Shown in pieces: positions 36,149 to 45,097 of a DNA stretch of 55,864 nt. Source of the stretch: a virus. Lineage: Duplodnaviria > Caudoviricetes. Positions within the stretch are counted from its first letter, which is position 1. Every line of letters begins with the position of its first letter. The position numbers and the translations under genes were made by a program. The notes under the pieces are model-generated. The model did no database searches. It saw nothing but the letters and a program-made list of their open reading frames with translations, and was not told the origin of the DNA. The stretch lies in the IMG/VR virus record IMGVR_UViG_3300019874_000057, positions 1 to 55,864 of that record. The stretch is one strand, 5' to 3'.

Positions 36149-39100
36149 CTAGGCCAAGGCGCGGCGGAGAGCGATCTCCCTGGACCCTTCCTCAGCTTCA
36201 TCCTCATCAGGATCCCACTCGTGCTCGAGCATGCTTCTCTCTGCTTCAGCGATCTCCTGCCAGGCGGTCTCATCCCACTTCACAGGCGGGGCAGCGCCTA
36301 TCCCTGAGGTGTCGACTGTCTTCATCTTCTTCTTGGACCACCGGTCACCGATCTTGGCCTCGATGCCGACAGTGAGGTAAGACCCCAGATTCCACTCAAG
36401 AGGACAAGGCATCGCGATGATCTGGCGTTTCATCTCCAAGGAGACCTTCTCGAGCACTGTGTCTAGTTTGGAGTTCTCGACTTCAAGTAGGAACTCATCA
36501 TGGACTAGGGCGCGTAGAGGATGGCGCCCGTGGTAGGCATCGCCGATGAAGCTCGGGGAATCTGGATGGAAAAGCCTGAGGCCTGCTTCCTTGATGGTCC
36601 CTGATGCACTGGACTGCGGGAGGAATGCCTTCAGTCTCTTTGCATCAGCTCCTAGATCCACCGCATAGGGCTTCTCGTTCATCCACGCAACCCCATCACC
36701 TTCTCTTTCTCGCTTCTTCGCTGCCTGCGGGGTGATGCCTCGGTAGTTGTAGACATCCCAGAAGTCATGGCGATAGGCATAGGGGTGGATCCCAGGGCCT
36801 GCGGGGGACCAGGTCTGGAGGGCATCACCAGCTCCACCGATGTAGTGCTGCTTGTATGCAAAGGTCTCCAAGGCATCATGCCACGCGGGCAGCTTGGGGC
36901 AGATCTTGAAGTACAAGCCCTGAGAGTCCTTGGCTAGTCTCAGTGTAGGAAAGTCCTCAGGGAATCTCTCATGCATGCCATAGGGGGTGAGGCCATAGTT
37001 GGTCCCATGCACCACCCGCTTAGCTCTCTCATAGAGATCCTTGAACTCTGCCTTGATCGCCTTGAAGTGCTGGATGATGTCTGCATCAGACCAGGCAAGG
37101 TCAGTAGGGCGCCCTGCCATGTAGGAAGTGAGGTAGCTGTGGACTCCAAGCCAGGCCAGGCGGATGTAGTTGGGGTCTCCCATGAACCAGCCGGAGAGGA
37201 CAGCCTCAATGCCAGAGAAGTCGACGCTTAGGAGGGTGCAGCCAGGCTCAGCTACGAAGCATGACCTAAACTCATCCCCGAGCTCGGACCTGGCAGTGAT
37301 GTTCTGGAGATTGGGGTTGACGTAAGAGGTGCGCAGGGTACTAGGGCGATGGGTAACCTCAGGATGCAATCTCCCATCAGGACTCGCATCCAACCTCCGG
37401 ATCATCCCGTCTGCATAAGTCCCTTCGAGCTTGGCGTAGTCACGGTAGCCGAAGAGGTGAGTGTAGAACACCGCAGTAGGCTGGGACTTCTGGATCAACT
37501 TGCGCTGGAGCTTCTCGAGGGCAAGCCTCCCAGTAGTCTCCTTGCCAGTATCCCGATCAATAGGAATCTCATGCCCCATGGCCTTCATCGCCACCCGCAC
37601 CTGCACCGGAGACCCCGGCCCGAAGTCTCGGCGGATGTACCAGCGGGGGACCTTGGCTAGGATGGGGGCTACGGCAGGTGTCAGGGTCTTGTCCTTGCAG
37701 CGATGCTTGGTGGTGATTTGGAGAGCGCCACAGGTGGAGCACCCATTGACTGAGACTTCCTCGGTGAACTCTAGCAAGGGCTTGAGTCTAGGCTCAGTCT
37801 CCGGAGCATCAGGGTCTTCTTTCTCGTCCCCATCTGGCTTCTTCTTCCACCCTCCCTTGGGATGCAGGGGTTTACTTGTATCAGGCACCATCGCCTGGAG
37901 CGCCTGGTACTTCTCCACCTTCAGGTCATGGACTTTGATCTTGAATGCATCCAGTGCAACGCGGTCCATGCCTGTGCCTACTGCGCATGAAGGAATGAAC
38001 ATGTATTCATCAGCTAGGTGACAATGCCGCCAGAATGCATCCCATCTACCAGTAGTAGTGAGATCACTGGCGATGCCTGCGCTGAGGCCCTGGGTGTACG
38101 CCCCGTCATAGGCTGCGTACTTCTCTGGCTCACTGGAGGAGAGGTGCTTCCAGGCTCTTGACCTGAGATACATCGGCACCCAGAACCCAAGCCCCCTAGG
38201 GATATCCGAGTTCAACACATGCGCTGCCCACATGAAGTCCAGCAAGGGGCCAGCGAGGGATGAGGTGACGGGGATAACCCCCTCGGGGATGAGCTGGGAG
38301 CAGGATCTCAGGAGGCGAGGACGGTCATACCCCGCGTTCCAGAATGTCTTAGGATTCAGACTCGACAACAATCTCCAGATCGCAGGCAACCAAGGCCCTG
38401 CGTATGGGACAGTCACCCCTTGGGCCTGATTCCCACTGAAGTTGATCCTGGTGATGATAAAGCTTTGGTCTTCTGCGCCTAGGTCACCTTCATCAGTCTT
38501 CTTGGCTTTGTCCAAGGTTTCAACATCGACGGCAAACCAGAATGCCCCAGGGTCTGAAGCTGAGACTTCTAGGAGGTAGTCGACCCAGGCTGAGAACCAT
38601 TCAGGGCTCGGGTCTAGGATGAGATCAGGGTCATCCCAGGACCAGCCTCCTTTGGCTACTTCCATCGCTCGCCTGATGTCAGCGAGCATCACCCCAGTGA
38701 GGTTCTGGGCGCCTCGGATCAAGTGAGCTGGGTGGAAGGTAGGGACAGCCCATAGCGGTGGTAGCCCTGGTCTCTCTACCTGATGCACCACCCCATGGAA
38801 GTCTTTGATACTGAAGTTGTCCTTAGGGAGCTTGAGGACAGTGCGGGTGCTAACACCACCCATCAACACCGCAGTGGTGTGGTTCTCGGCGAGGACTGGG
38901 TCTAGGTACTGGGAGCAATGGCGGATGGCTTCTTCTTCCCAGGGCTTGCCTACCAAGTCATTCCCAGGAGGCTGGCAACTTAGGATGTTGTGGAGTCGGT
39001 GGCCACCTCGGTTGGAGCTCAGGAGATAGAGCAACCTATTGAACATCGCCCCTGCGTCCCCAACCAGAGGCTCACCCTTGAATGCTTCAGTTCTCCCTGG

Positions 39101-39229
39101 GGCTTCTGCGAGGAACAAGAGAGGTGAGTCTATGGGACCTGTGGGAGGGACGAAGCCTGAGCCTAGGCGATGAAGGGGACAGGGAGTGCAGTCGCGGGGG
39201 CCACTGGTGCCATCAGGCTTGAGGAGCAC
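36149..39229 (-). CDS. Family A DNA polymerase with N-terminal family-4 UDG-like domain and 3'-5' exonuclease
   Basis: UDG: CxxCPL, AEAPG, NILSCQPPGN, TFHPA. Exo: DVET, NAGYD, YAAYD. Pol: DFSGIE, AKRVVHGTNYG, VHDE. GTG 39229 after GGGAG is preferred over 39319. Confidence 0.93.
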   Translation of the reverse strand: MLLKPDGTSGPRDCTPCPLHRLGSGFVPPTGPIDSPLLFLAEAPGRTEAFKGEPLVGDAGAMFNRLLYLLSSNRGGHRLHNILSCQPPGNDLVGKPWEEEAIRHCSQYLDPVLAENHTTAVLMGGVSTRTVLKLPKDNFSIKDFHGVVHQVERPGLPPLWAVPTFHPAHLIRGAQNLTGVMLADIRRAMEVAKGGWSWDDPDLILDPSPEWFSAWVDYLLEVSASDPGAFWFAVDVETLDKAKKTDEGDLGAEDQSFIITRINFSGNQAQGVTVPYAGPWLPAIWRLLSSLNPKTFWNAGYDRPRLLRSCSQLIPEGVIPVTSSLAGPLLDFMWAAHVLNSDIPRGLGFWVPMYLRSRAWKHLSSSEPEKYAAYDGAYTQGLSAGIASDLTTTGRWDAFWRHCHLADEYMFIPSCAVGTGMDRVALDAFKIKVHDLKVEKYQALQAMVPDTSKPLHPKGGWKKKPDGDEKEDPDAPETEPRLKPLLEFTEEVSVNGCSTCGALQITTKHRCKDKTLTPAVAPILAKVPRWYIRRDFGPGSPVQVRVAMKAMGHEIPIDRDTGKETTGRLALEKLQRKLIQKSQPTAVFYTHLFGYRDYAKLEGTYADGMIRRLDASPDGRLHPEVTHRPSTLRTSYVNPNLQNITARSELGDEFRSCFVAEPGCTLLSVDFSGIEAVLSGWFMGDPNYIRLAWLGVHSYLTSYMAGRPTDLAWSDADIIQHFKAIKAEFKDLYERAKRVVHGTNYGLTPYGMHERFPEDFPTLRLAKDSQGLYFKICPKLPAWHDALETFAYKQHYIGGAGDALQTWSPAGPGIHPYAYRHDFWDVYNYRGITPQAAKKREREGDGVAWMNEKPYAVDLGADAKRLKAFLPQSSASGTIKEAGLRLFHPDSPSFIGDAYHGRHPLRALVHDEFLLEVENSKLDTVLEKVSLEMKRQIIAMPCPLEWNLGSYLTVGIEAKIGDRWSKKKMKTVDTSGIGAAPPVKWDETAWQEIAEAERSMLEHEWDPDEDEAEEGSREIALRRALA

Positions 39230-39929
39230 ATACACTCCCGAATCTTGTAGAAGAGTCGAATCCCCTGAACAGCCGTCCCTCCAACAGCGCTGCTTGTCCC
39301 ATCGACCCACTGCCGGCATATGGGTCTACAACTAGATCTCCAGGGGCTGTGTATGTGCGAACAATCCAACGTAATAGGGGCAATGGCTTTTGCTGTGGGT
39401 GGACGCGCTCTTTGCTGCTTGTCCCGACACTGGAGAACTCCAACACACTCGTTGGGAAGCGGTCAGTAGCTCCAGCGCGTGACTCTGTTGCTGTGGTCAT
39501 GGGGTTGTAATTCTCTCCATGTGCTCGCCGTCTAGCTGCGTGAATGGGAGAGGCCCCTTGCAGCATCTGCGGGTTGTAGGTACTGGTCCCGACTCGGCAA
39601 AAGACAAGAATGAACTCATGTGCACGAAGTGGAGAACGTGCCGCGTTCAGATGCCCAGTCGCGAGGCTCTTAGACCAGATTAGGTCATGGCGGAAGTGTT
39701 GTTCTTGCGAGTCCAAGACGCAAGTAGTGAAGCGAATGGATGAGCACATGAACACGACTGTCCCGGCAGGCCGCAAGACATCCCAGATAGCAGGCCACAA
39801 AGAGTCAAGATCAGGGGCCTTGTCGAACTCTGCCTTTGTTGCGCCAGAGGGAAGGTCAGCGAAGAGGAGTGTTGCACTGTTGGGAAGCAGACTACGCAGC
39901 CCTTCTACAGCATCTCTAAGCTCTATCAA
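39213..39929 (-). CDS. Amino-DNA methyltransferase (N4C/N6A, beta class) with atypical DLPS motif IV
   Basis: FADLPSG, IWSK, HEFILVF, HPQQKP and VVDPYAGSGS. Confidence 0.85.
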   Translation of the reverse strand: MIELRDAVEGLRSLLPNSATLLFADLPSGATKAEFDKAPDLDSLWPAIWDVLRPAGTVVFMCSSIRFTTCVLDSQEQHFRHDLIWSKSLATGHLNAARSPLRAHEFILVFCRVGTSTYNPQMLQGASPIHAARRRAHGENYNPMTTATESRAGATDRFPTSVLEFSSVGTSSKERVHPQQKPLPLLRWIVRTYTAPGDLVVDPYAGSGSMGQAALLEGRLFRGFDSSTRFGSVCAPQA

Positions 39930-40180
39930 CCCCGCCCCTCCACTTTCCTCATGATGTTCTCTACCGCCCTTCGCTGCCCTTCAGTAACCACTCCACTCCC
40001 CTCAACAGTCTGGTAGATCCCTCCCAGGGTGTCACTGCACCAGTTATACCCAGAGTCAGTAGTCAACCCTTCGAGTAGATCTAGGAAAGACTCTGTATCC
40101 CTGACTCTCTTCCTCTCAGCCTCCACCCCTGCATGGTGGTCAGCAGCAACCCCTAGACCTTCACCCTTGAGCTTTGGCAT
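39926..40180 (-). CDS. Hypothetical protein
   Basis: GAGGTG SD before ATG 40180. Confidence 0.65.
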   Translation of the reverse strand: MPKLKGEGLGVAADHHAGVEAERKRVRDTESFLDLLEGLTTDSGYNWCSDTLGGIYQTVEGSGVVTEGQRRAVENIMRKVEGRG

Positions 40181-40346
40181 TGTCACCTCGCCTGGGGATA
40201 GGGAACCAGACATCATCCACGCCAGCAGAGAAGCTGAGATTCCACATCCAGTACCTTCCTTCATAGAAAGTACAGTACTGCTTCAGCTCATCAGTCAGCT
40301 CATCCTCATAAGGAAGTCCAGGGGGAGGCTCTAGTGGTTCACTCAT
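40161..40346 (-). CDS. Hypothetical protein
   Basis: ATGA overlap with the upstream gene, 61 aa. Confidence 0.55.
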   Translation of the reverse strand: MSEPLEPPPGLPYEDELTDELKQYCTFYEGRYWMWNLSFSAGVDDVWFPIPRRGDNAKAQG

Positions 40347-40684
40347 GTATTCCCCTTCGCACGCCTGTCCCTCCTTGGGTTGCCTGTCTGCCTGGATCTA
40401 CGCTTGAAGTTCCCATCCCAGCCATTGCATTCCTTGCAGAGGATTCCGAGGGGGACACCAGCTTGGTACTCTCGCCATAACAATGCAGCCCTGTTATGAC
40501 TCCCCATCTTCACCCTCCGAGCATCGTTACTAGGAACTGTCTCCTCCTTGTGGTTCACATGGAAGTAACTCAAGTCCCCAGTAGGGGAGTCATCGAACTT
40601 CAGGCCGCACTTCTCACAGTGGTCTCCTAGGGTGCGGAGGAGGGCATGCCTGCGTGCGACCCCCCAGGCCACTTCTCTCCTCAT
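40343..40684 (-). CDS. Small HNH-like zinc-binding endonuclease
   Basis: LGDHCEKCG...FHVNH...ILCKECN. Confidence 0.65.
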   Translation of the reverse strand: MRREVAWGVARRHALLRTLGDHCEKCGLKFDDSPTGDLSYFHVNHKEETVPSNDARRVKMGSHNRAALLWREYQAGVPLGILCKECNGWDGNFKRRSRQTGNPRRDRRAKGNT

Positions 40685-41385
40685 CGAGGGTCAGCCACCC
40701 AGTCAACCACGTCATCCCTGACATGGAGTGGTTCTTGGTACTCAATCTCCTCGAAGAACCTCAGGTAGTCTGCCCAGGTGTCTCCATGCCACTCTGAGGC
40801 CCCAGCCTCATATTCAAAGATGATCCTGGGTTTGGAATTTGAGATGGCCTGCCTCAACCCCATGAGTGCCCTGAGATCACACCCCTGGGTGTCCAGCTTG
40901 ATGAGGGCTATGTCGGTTCTGTTGGAGAGTAGCTCATCGACTGGGAATGCTTTGATCCCCCCACCAGGAGCTGGAATAAACGCTACCGAGCTCGCATTGG
41001 GAGTTTGGTTGAGATCACCATTCGGTACAGGCCAGCCTAGTTCATGCTCTGGAGCTAGTTCTAGAGTGGTCTCCCGGTCATAGGCTGCGAAGTTCCAACA
41101 CTCTACAGGGAGTCCCTGAGTGTTCTTGACCAGGAGTTCATAGGTCCCTGGGTGGGCTTCGATGGAGATTGTCCATCGGAACAAGCTAGCAAAATACCTC
41201 GAGAACCATCCCACCGACGCCCCTACATCTACTGCTATTTTCTGAGGATCTGCTACTTCATCAATGAATGGCTTCAAGTGTCCATCCCACCAGCCTTGGG
41301 GGTAGATGTTGGATTCTAGAACTTGCCCGAGATGGTCTTGATCCCAGACCCAGAAGGGGCCTTGCAGGGAGTTGACGAGTCTCAC
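40681..41385 (-). CDS. FkbM family methyltransferase
   Basis: VDVGASVGWFS, IEAHP, IKLDTQGCD and PRIIFE. Confidence 0.88.
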   Translation of the reverse strand: MRLVNSLQGPFWVWDQDHLGQVLESNIYPQGWWDGHLKPFIDEVADPQKIAVDVGASVGWFSRYFASLFRWTISIEAHPGTYELLVKNTQGLPVECWNFAAYDRETTLELAPEHELGWPVPNGDLNQTPNASSVAFIPAPGGGIKAFPVDELLSNRTDIALIKLDTQGCDLRALMGLRQAISNSKPRIIFEYEAGASEWHGDTWADYLRFFEEIEYQEPLHVRDDVVDWVADPR

Positions 41386-41588
41386 TTCCCCCTCCCGGTC
41401 GCGGGGATGTAGGGGGTGAGGCGGAAGCCGTCGTCGGGATTGTTCCTCCTCCAGTACTTCAGAGTCTCGCGGCCCAGCGCGCGATTGACTGAACTTCCGC
41501 TAGTAGGTTCCCAAATCGGCGATTGCGCCTTAAGGAAAAGGCAGGACACATCCATCTCAACCACCCAAAGCCGACGTGGGCGCTTCAT
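41382..41588 (-). CDS. Hypothetical protein
   Basis: ATGA coupling at 41588. Starts MKRPRRLWVVE. Confidence 0.6.
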   Translation of the reverse strand: MKRPRRLWVVEMDVSCLFLKAQSPIWEPTSGSSVNRALGRETLKYWRRNNPDDGFRLTPYIPATGRGK

Positions 41589-41813
41589 TGCCCGTCGCGC
41601 TCGTTCCACACCGCCTTGGCCGCACGCGGTGTCTCGCCGCTGACTTGCGGAGATACGGCGCATCGATCATTGCGGCACGAGACCATCCGCTTCTGCGGTC
41701 CACCGCCGTGCCACTTTTCGATCTCCGGGAGCAAACCGCAGAATGGGCACGGCAGCATGCCGGTTTGCTTGTCTTTGCGTTCCATCGCTTCCTCCTACGT
41801 GGGGCGCTTCATT
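41574..41813. repeat. 16/17-bp direct repeat flanking the Lar-like gene
   Basis: ACGTGGGCGCTTCATT at 41574-41589 and ACGTGGGGCGCTTCATT at 41797-41813. Confidence 0.8.
41585..41785 (-). CDS. Lar-like (restriction alleviation) zinc-finger protein
   Basis: LPCPFCG...VSC..C...A...WNER. AGGAGG SD. Confidence 0.72.
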   Translation of the reverse strand: MERKDKQTGMLPCPFCGLLPEIEKWHGGGPQKRMVSCRNDRCAVSPQVSGETPRAAKAVWNERDGQ

Positions 41814-42033
41814 TGGCGGACTCGGGGCGGGCGGGGCGAGGCATGACACCTTCGACGTATTCCCAGTCATAGCCCAGCTCCAACAGCTTCTCCCGCATCG
41901 CTTGGAAGCCCGTGCAGATGCGCAGGAACCAAAGCGCGCTGTCGGTTTGCGGACGAAGGTTCATCGTCTCCCGGTCTTCCTTCGACAACATCTGCTCTAT
42001 CGTGATCCAGAAGTTCTTTTCGACGCGTTCCAT
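41809..42033 (-). CDS. Hypothetical protein
   Basis: TAATG coupling, 74 aa. Confidence 0.6.
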   Translation of the reverse strand: MERVEKNFWITIEQMLSKEDRETMNLRPQTDSALWFLRICTGFQAMREKLLELGYDWEYVEGVMPRPARPESAK

Positions 42034-42386
42034 TACCGCCCCTCCCGCAGCCGCTTCCAGGCAGAGATTGCGGCGGGGTTCAGGTAGTACCCAAAGGATC
42101 CGTGTAGTGAGTGCTCGAACGCCTCCAGTACCGTCATCGCGTCGGCGAGTTGGGATTCGGCCTGCGCGGCCCTATCAGCATTGCGTGCATGGAATGCCAG
42201 TTGCGCCTGCAGCCGCTCAATCTCCGCTCGTGCTTCGGCGAGTTCCGCGGCGGCGGCGTGGCCATTCAACGCGTCTACCACAAGCTGCGCATTCTCGCGT
42301 AAGTAGCTTGTAGAGATGCGAGAGTCCGTCTTTGTGTCCGTGATTCTGAATCCGTCACCGCTGTCCTGTACCTCGTATCGGTTCAC
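42033..42386 (-). CDS. Hypothetical protein with coiled coil
   Basis: GTGA coupling, 117 aa. Confidence 0.62.
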   Translation of the reverse strand: MNRYEVQDSGDGFRITDTKTDSRISTSYLRENAQLVVDALNGHAAAAELAEARAEIERLQAQLAFHARNADRAAQAESQLADAMTVLEAFEHSLHGSFGYYLNPAAISAWKRLREGR

Positions 42387-42871
42387 AGCTTCTCCTTCGC
42401 ACCGATCTCGTCAGACTTGGCGTTGAACGTCTCGCGCACGAGCTGTCCCAGGTCGAGCCCTTGGCTCGCGCACACAAGATCGAGATAGATCACTGTGTCG
42501 GCCAGCTCGCGGCCAAGCTTCTGCCGGAGCGCTTCCAGGTCCAGGTCTGCGCCCTTGTTGCCCGCCACGTTGTCGCGGTGGCGCAGCATCTTCTTGGCCA
42601 CGTTCGCCGCCTCGCCCGCCTCCCCGCACATGGCGTTGGTCCATTCGGCCACCGACCACGAGTCGAGCGCGTGCCCGAAGCCCTTGACGCAGCGCTCTAC
42701 GTTGATTGCCCGCAGGCGCGCAAAGTCTAGGCTGCGCAGCTTTTCCGCCGCCAGCCACCCAGCATTCGCCTCCACCCGCTTGGCCTTCTCCGCCTCGAGC
42801 GCGTCCTGCGTCGCCGCGAGCGACTTCTCGACTCTGGCAAGCTCAGCTTCAACATCCATCACTTTCTCCAC
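42383..42871 (-). CDS. MazG-like nucleotide pyrophosphohydrolase
   Basis: GEAGEAANVAKK...RELADTVIYL...TFNAKS. Confidence 0.85.
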   Translation of the reverse strand: MEKVMDVEAELARVEKSLAATQDALEAEKAKRVEANAGWLAAEKLRSLDFARLRAINVERCVKGFGHALDSWSVAEWTNAMCGEAGEAANVAKKMLRHRDNVAGNKGADLDLEALRQKLGRELADTVIYLDLVCASQGLDLGQLVRETFNAKSDEIGAKEKL

Positions 42872-43650
42872 AACCCCTTGTGCTGGAGATCAGGAGTCTT
42901 GGTGTAGCGCGTGGGGTCAGTACTAGGTGCATACGCCTCCCAGTACACCTCCTCATTCGCAGGCCCACCCCACTTGGCGAAGTACTCAGCTTGATGCTTG
43001 GGGTTCTCGATGGCATGGCGGGCTGCGGCAATAGGGGAGTGCTTGATGGTCTGGGAGGCAAGGTGGTGGTAGCCGACTGGGACACTGAATATGCGATGCC
43101 CATCACCCCCGAGCATGATCCTACGGTGATGATCGAGGTCTCCTAGGTAAGTGAATGCAGGGTCAAAGGGGTACTTCTCATGGCATTCACGGGAGATGAG
43201 GAAGCAGGAGTAATCAGGGCCTCCTCGGGGGGAGAGCTGTAGAGCCTCACCACTGGGAAGTTCAGCAGGCACCTCACCCACATTCACCGCAGTCACCATC
43301 AGTGCATTGGAGAAGAACATCACTGAGTGCAGGCGGTTGTAAGTCTCAGGGTGGATCCTGGAGTCATTGTTCATGACGAGGGCTTCTGTGGCGCCAAGAT
43401 CCCAGCAGAACCGCAGCGCCATGTTCCACACGTCATCCAGTGTCCCTGGAGCATCCCGCCACCAGGTGTTGTTGATACGGTCCCATGTAGCTGACTGCCA
43501 GGCCTGGACCTTGTCCATCTCGTGTGGGGATGACCCGTTGTCTGCGAGGATGACTGTGACTTGGTCAACATCCCCCTGCCTCAGCGCATCCTCCGCAGCC
43601 CCAATCGTCATCTCAGCCAGGTCGATGAAGGGGATGATGATGTGTTTCAT
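42859..43650 (-). CDS. GT-A fold (family 2-like) glycosyltransferase
   Basis: IIIP, ADNGSS, MNND, DLDH and HHLASQT. Confidence 0.85.
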   Translation of the reverse strand: MKHIIIPFIDLAEMTIGAAEDALRQGDVDQVTVILADNGSSPHEMDKVQAWQSATWDRINNTWWRDAPGTLDDVWNMALRFCWDLGATEALVMNNDSRIHPETYNRLHSVMFFSNALMVTAVNVGEVPAELPSGEALQLSPRGGPDYSCFLISRECHEKYPFDPAFTYLGDLDHHRRIMLGGDGHRIFSVPVGYHHLASQTIKHSPIAAARHAIENPKHQAEYFAKWGGPANEEVYWEAYAPSTDPTRYTKTPDLQHKGLWRK

Positions 43651-44945
43651 ACGTCCATCTCCACCACTTCCACCTCAGGCAAGGGGAACACAAACCTCAC
43701 CCCCTTGGCCCATTTGCCTTTCTCTCTTTCGATGATCCCCTGCTTGAAATGCCAGGGTCCCACGAGCACCAACCCACCCTCAGGGAAGTACTTCCTGGCC
43801 CAGGTCTCGGGGACTATTGGCACCCCAGTGACTGTGAACTTGCCAAATTTCTCACTGGATCTCTCGACTGCAGTGCAGGCTACCCAGGGGTGGGAGGCAT
43901 CACCTATTCCATAGTGCTGCAAGAGGGTGTTCCCTTTGGTACTCGCACCGTAGATAGCGATGTCCTGGGCTTGATCCATCAGGGAGTTCATGGCTTCTCG
44001 TTGCTTGGCTACTCGGGCTGCCAACCCCAGCCACCCATGGGAATGCTGGAGATAGGATTCTTCTTCCCCCAAGGCATTGATGAGTTCTACCGGTGGCTCT
44101 CCTACCTGAGACCCATGCTTCACCCAGAGTCTCAAGCTCCCACCGTTAGTGTCATTGCGCTCGAGCTTGCAGACACTGAGGTCGTAGACCTTGAACAGGC
44201 GCACCAGGTCATACAACCTGTAGTACTCCAGGTGCTCATGGACGATGTTGTCGAAGGCATTGGCCCTGAGCATCGAGACCAGGTCAGTGAACTGCACACA
44301 CCAGACTCCCTCTGGGTGGAGGACTCTCCGCACCTCTCGCACGAAAGCATTGGGGTCTTCAAGGTCGTAGAACATGGCGATAGATGAAATCGCCTTGCAC
44401 AGTGGCCCGTCATACACCTTGAGTGGCCAGTAGTCAGGCAAGAGCATCTCAGCATGCTTGGCGAGCTCGCCTTGGAGGTTGACTGCTGGGTCTACCCCGA
44501 TGCGATGTGGGTTGTTCAGTGAGATAGCATCATCATGCCAGTGCTTGAGCAAGGTCCCGTCATTGGCACCGATGTCCAGGACTGAGTCCCTGCTGGAGAC
44601 CGTCACCAACTGCCTGGCACACTGGACGATATGGAGGAGCTGGGCTTCCATGGCAGGGTTCAGACCGCTGTGATACCAATACTGCCGGTACAGCACATCC
44701 CTGGGCACCGTGTGAGTCAACTGAGCCAACCCGCAACTCATGCACTCAGCTACATTCAACGGCACCTTGGGGTCTCGGGTGTCCAGCATGGCACTGTTGG
44801 GATCCGAGTGATGCATGACCTTCAGCATCTCAGGGAACTGTGAGATCCACATTGGCCCTAGACCAAACACCTCACTCAACTCCCCCTGGCAGACTCTGCA
44901 GCGGGTGTGGCGGACACAAGACCACGGGGATGCTATGTGATTCAC
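43647..44945 (-). CDS. NDP-sugar C-methyltransferase-like protein
   Basis: CRVC...CMSCGLAQL zinc site, VLDIGANDG, HEHLEYY, GGSLR and YGASTKGNTLL. Confidence 0.9.
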   Translation of the reverse strand: MNHIASPWSCVRHTRCRVCQGELSEVFGLGPMWISQFPEMLKVMHHSDPNSAMLDTRDPKVPLNVAECMSCGLAQLTHTVPRDVLYRQYWYHSGLNPAMEAQLLHIVQCARQLVTVSSRDSVLDIGANDGTLLKHWHDDAISLNNPHRIGVDPAVNLQGELAKHAEMLLPDYWPLKVYDGPLCKAISSIAMFYDLEDPNAFVREVRRVLHPEGVWCVQFTDLVSMLRANAFDNIVHEHLEYYRLYDLVRLFKVYDLSVCKLERNDTNGGSLRLWVKHGSQVGEPPVELINALGEEESYLQHSHGWLGLAARVAKQREAMNSLMDQAQDIAIYGASTKGNTLLQHYGIGDASHPWVACTAVERSSEKFGKFTVTGVPIVPETWARKYFPEGGLVLVGPWHFKQGIIEREKGKWAKGVRFVFPLPEVEVVEMDV

Positions 44946-45097
44946 TTGGCACCTCGGAGAGCTTTGATAGTAGCTGCCTGCTTCTTCAGGGTGCGTGTCA
45001 GCCCTGCCACCTGCAGCTTCAAGCGCTCATTCACCTGTTCCATGTCCCTCACCTGCAGCCAAACTGGCCGGGTCTCGTGTTCATTGTCCTGAGGCAC
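44942..45097 (-). CDS. 51-aa coiled-coil peptide (not in the ORF track)
   Basis: Fills the gap exactly. MPQDNEHETRPVWLQVRDMEQVNERLKLQVAGLTRTLKKQAATIKALRGAK. Confidence 0.6.
   Translation of the reverse strand: MPQDNEHETRPVWLQVRDMEQVNERLKLQVAGLTRTLKKQAATIKALRGAK

Noticed and set aside
39230-39319. N-terminal extension of the polymerase
   Set aside because: It overlaps the methyltransferase motif I region. GTG 39229 has an SD and begins just before the UDG cysteines.
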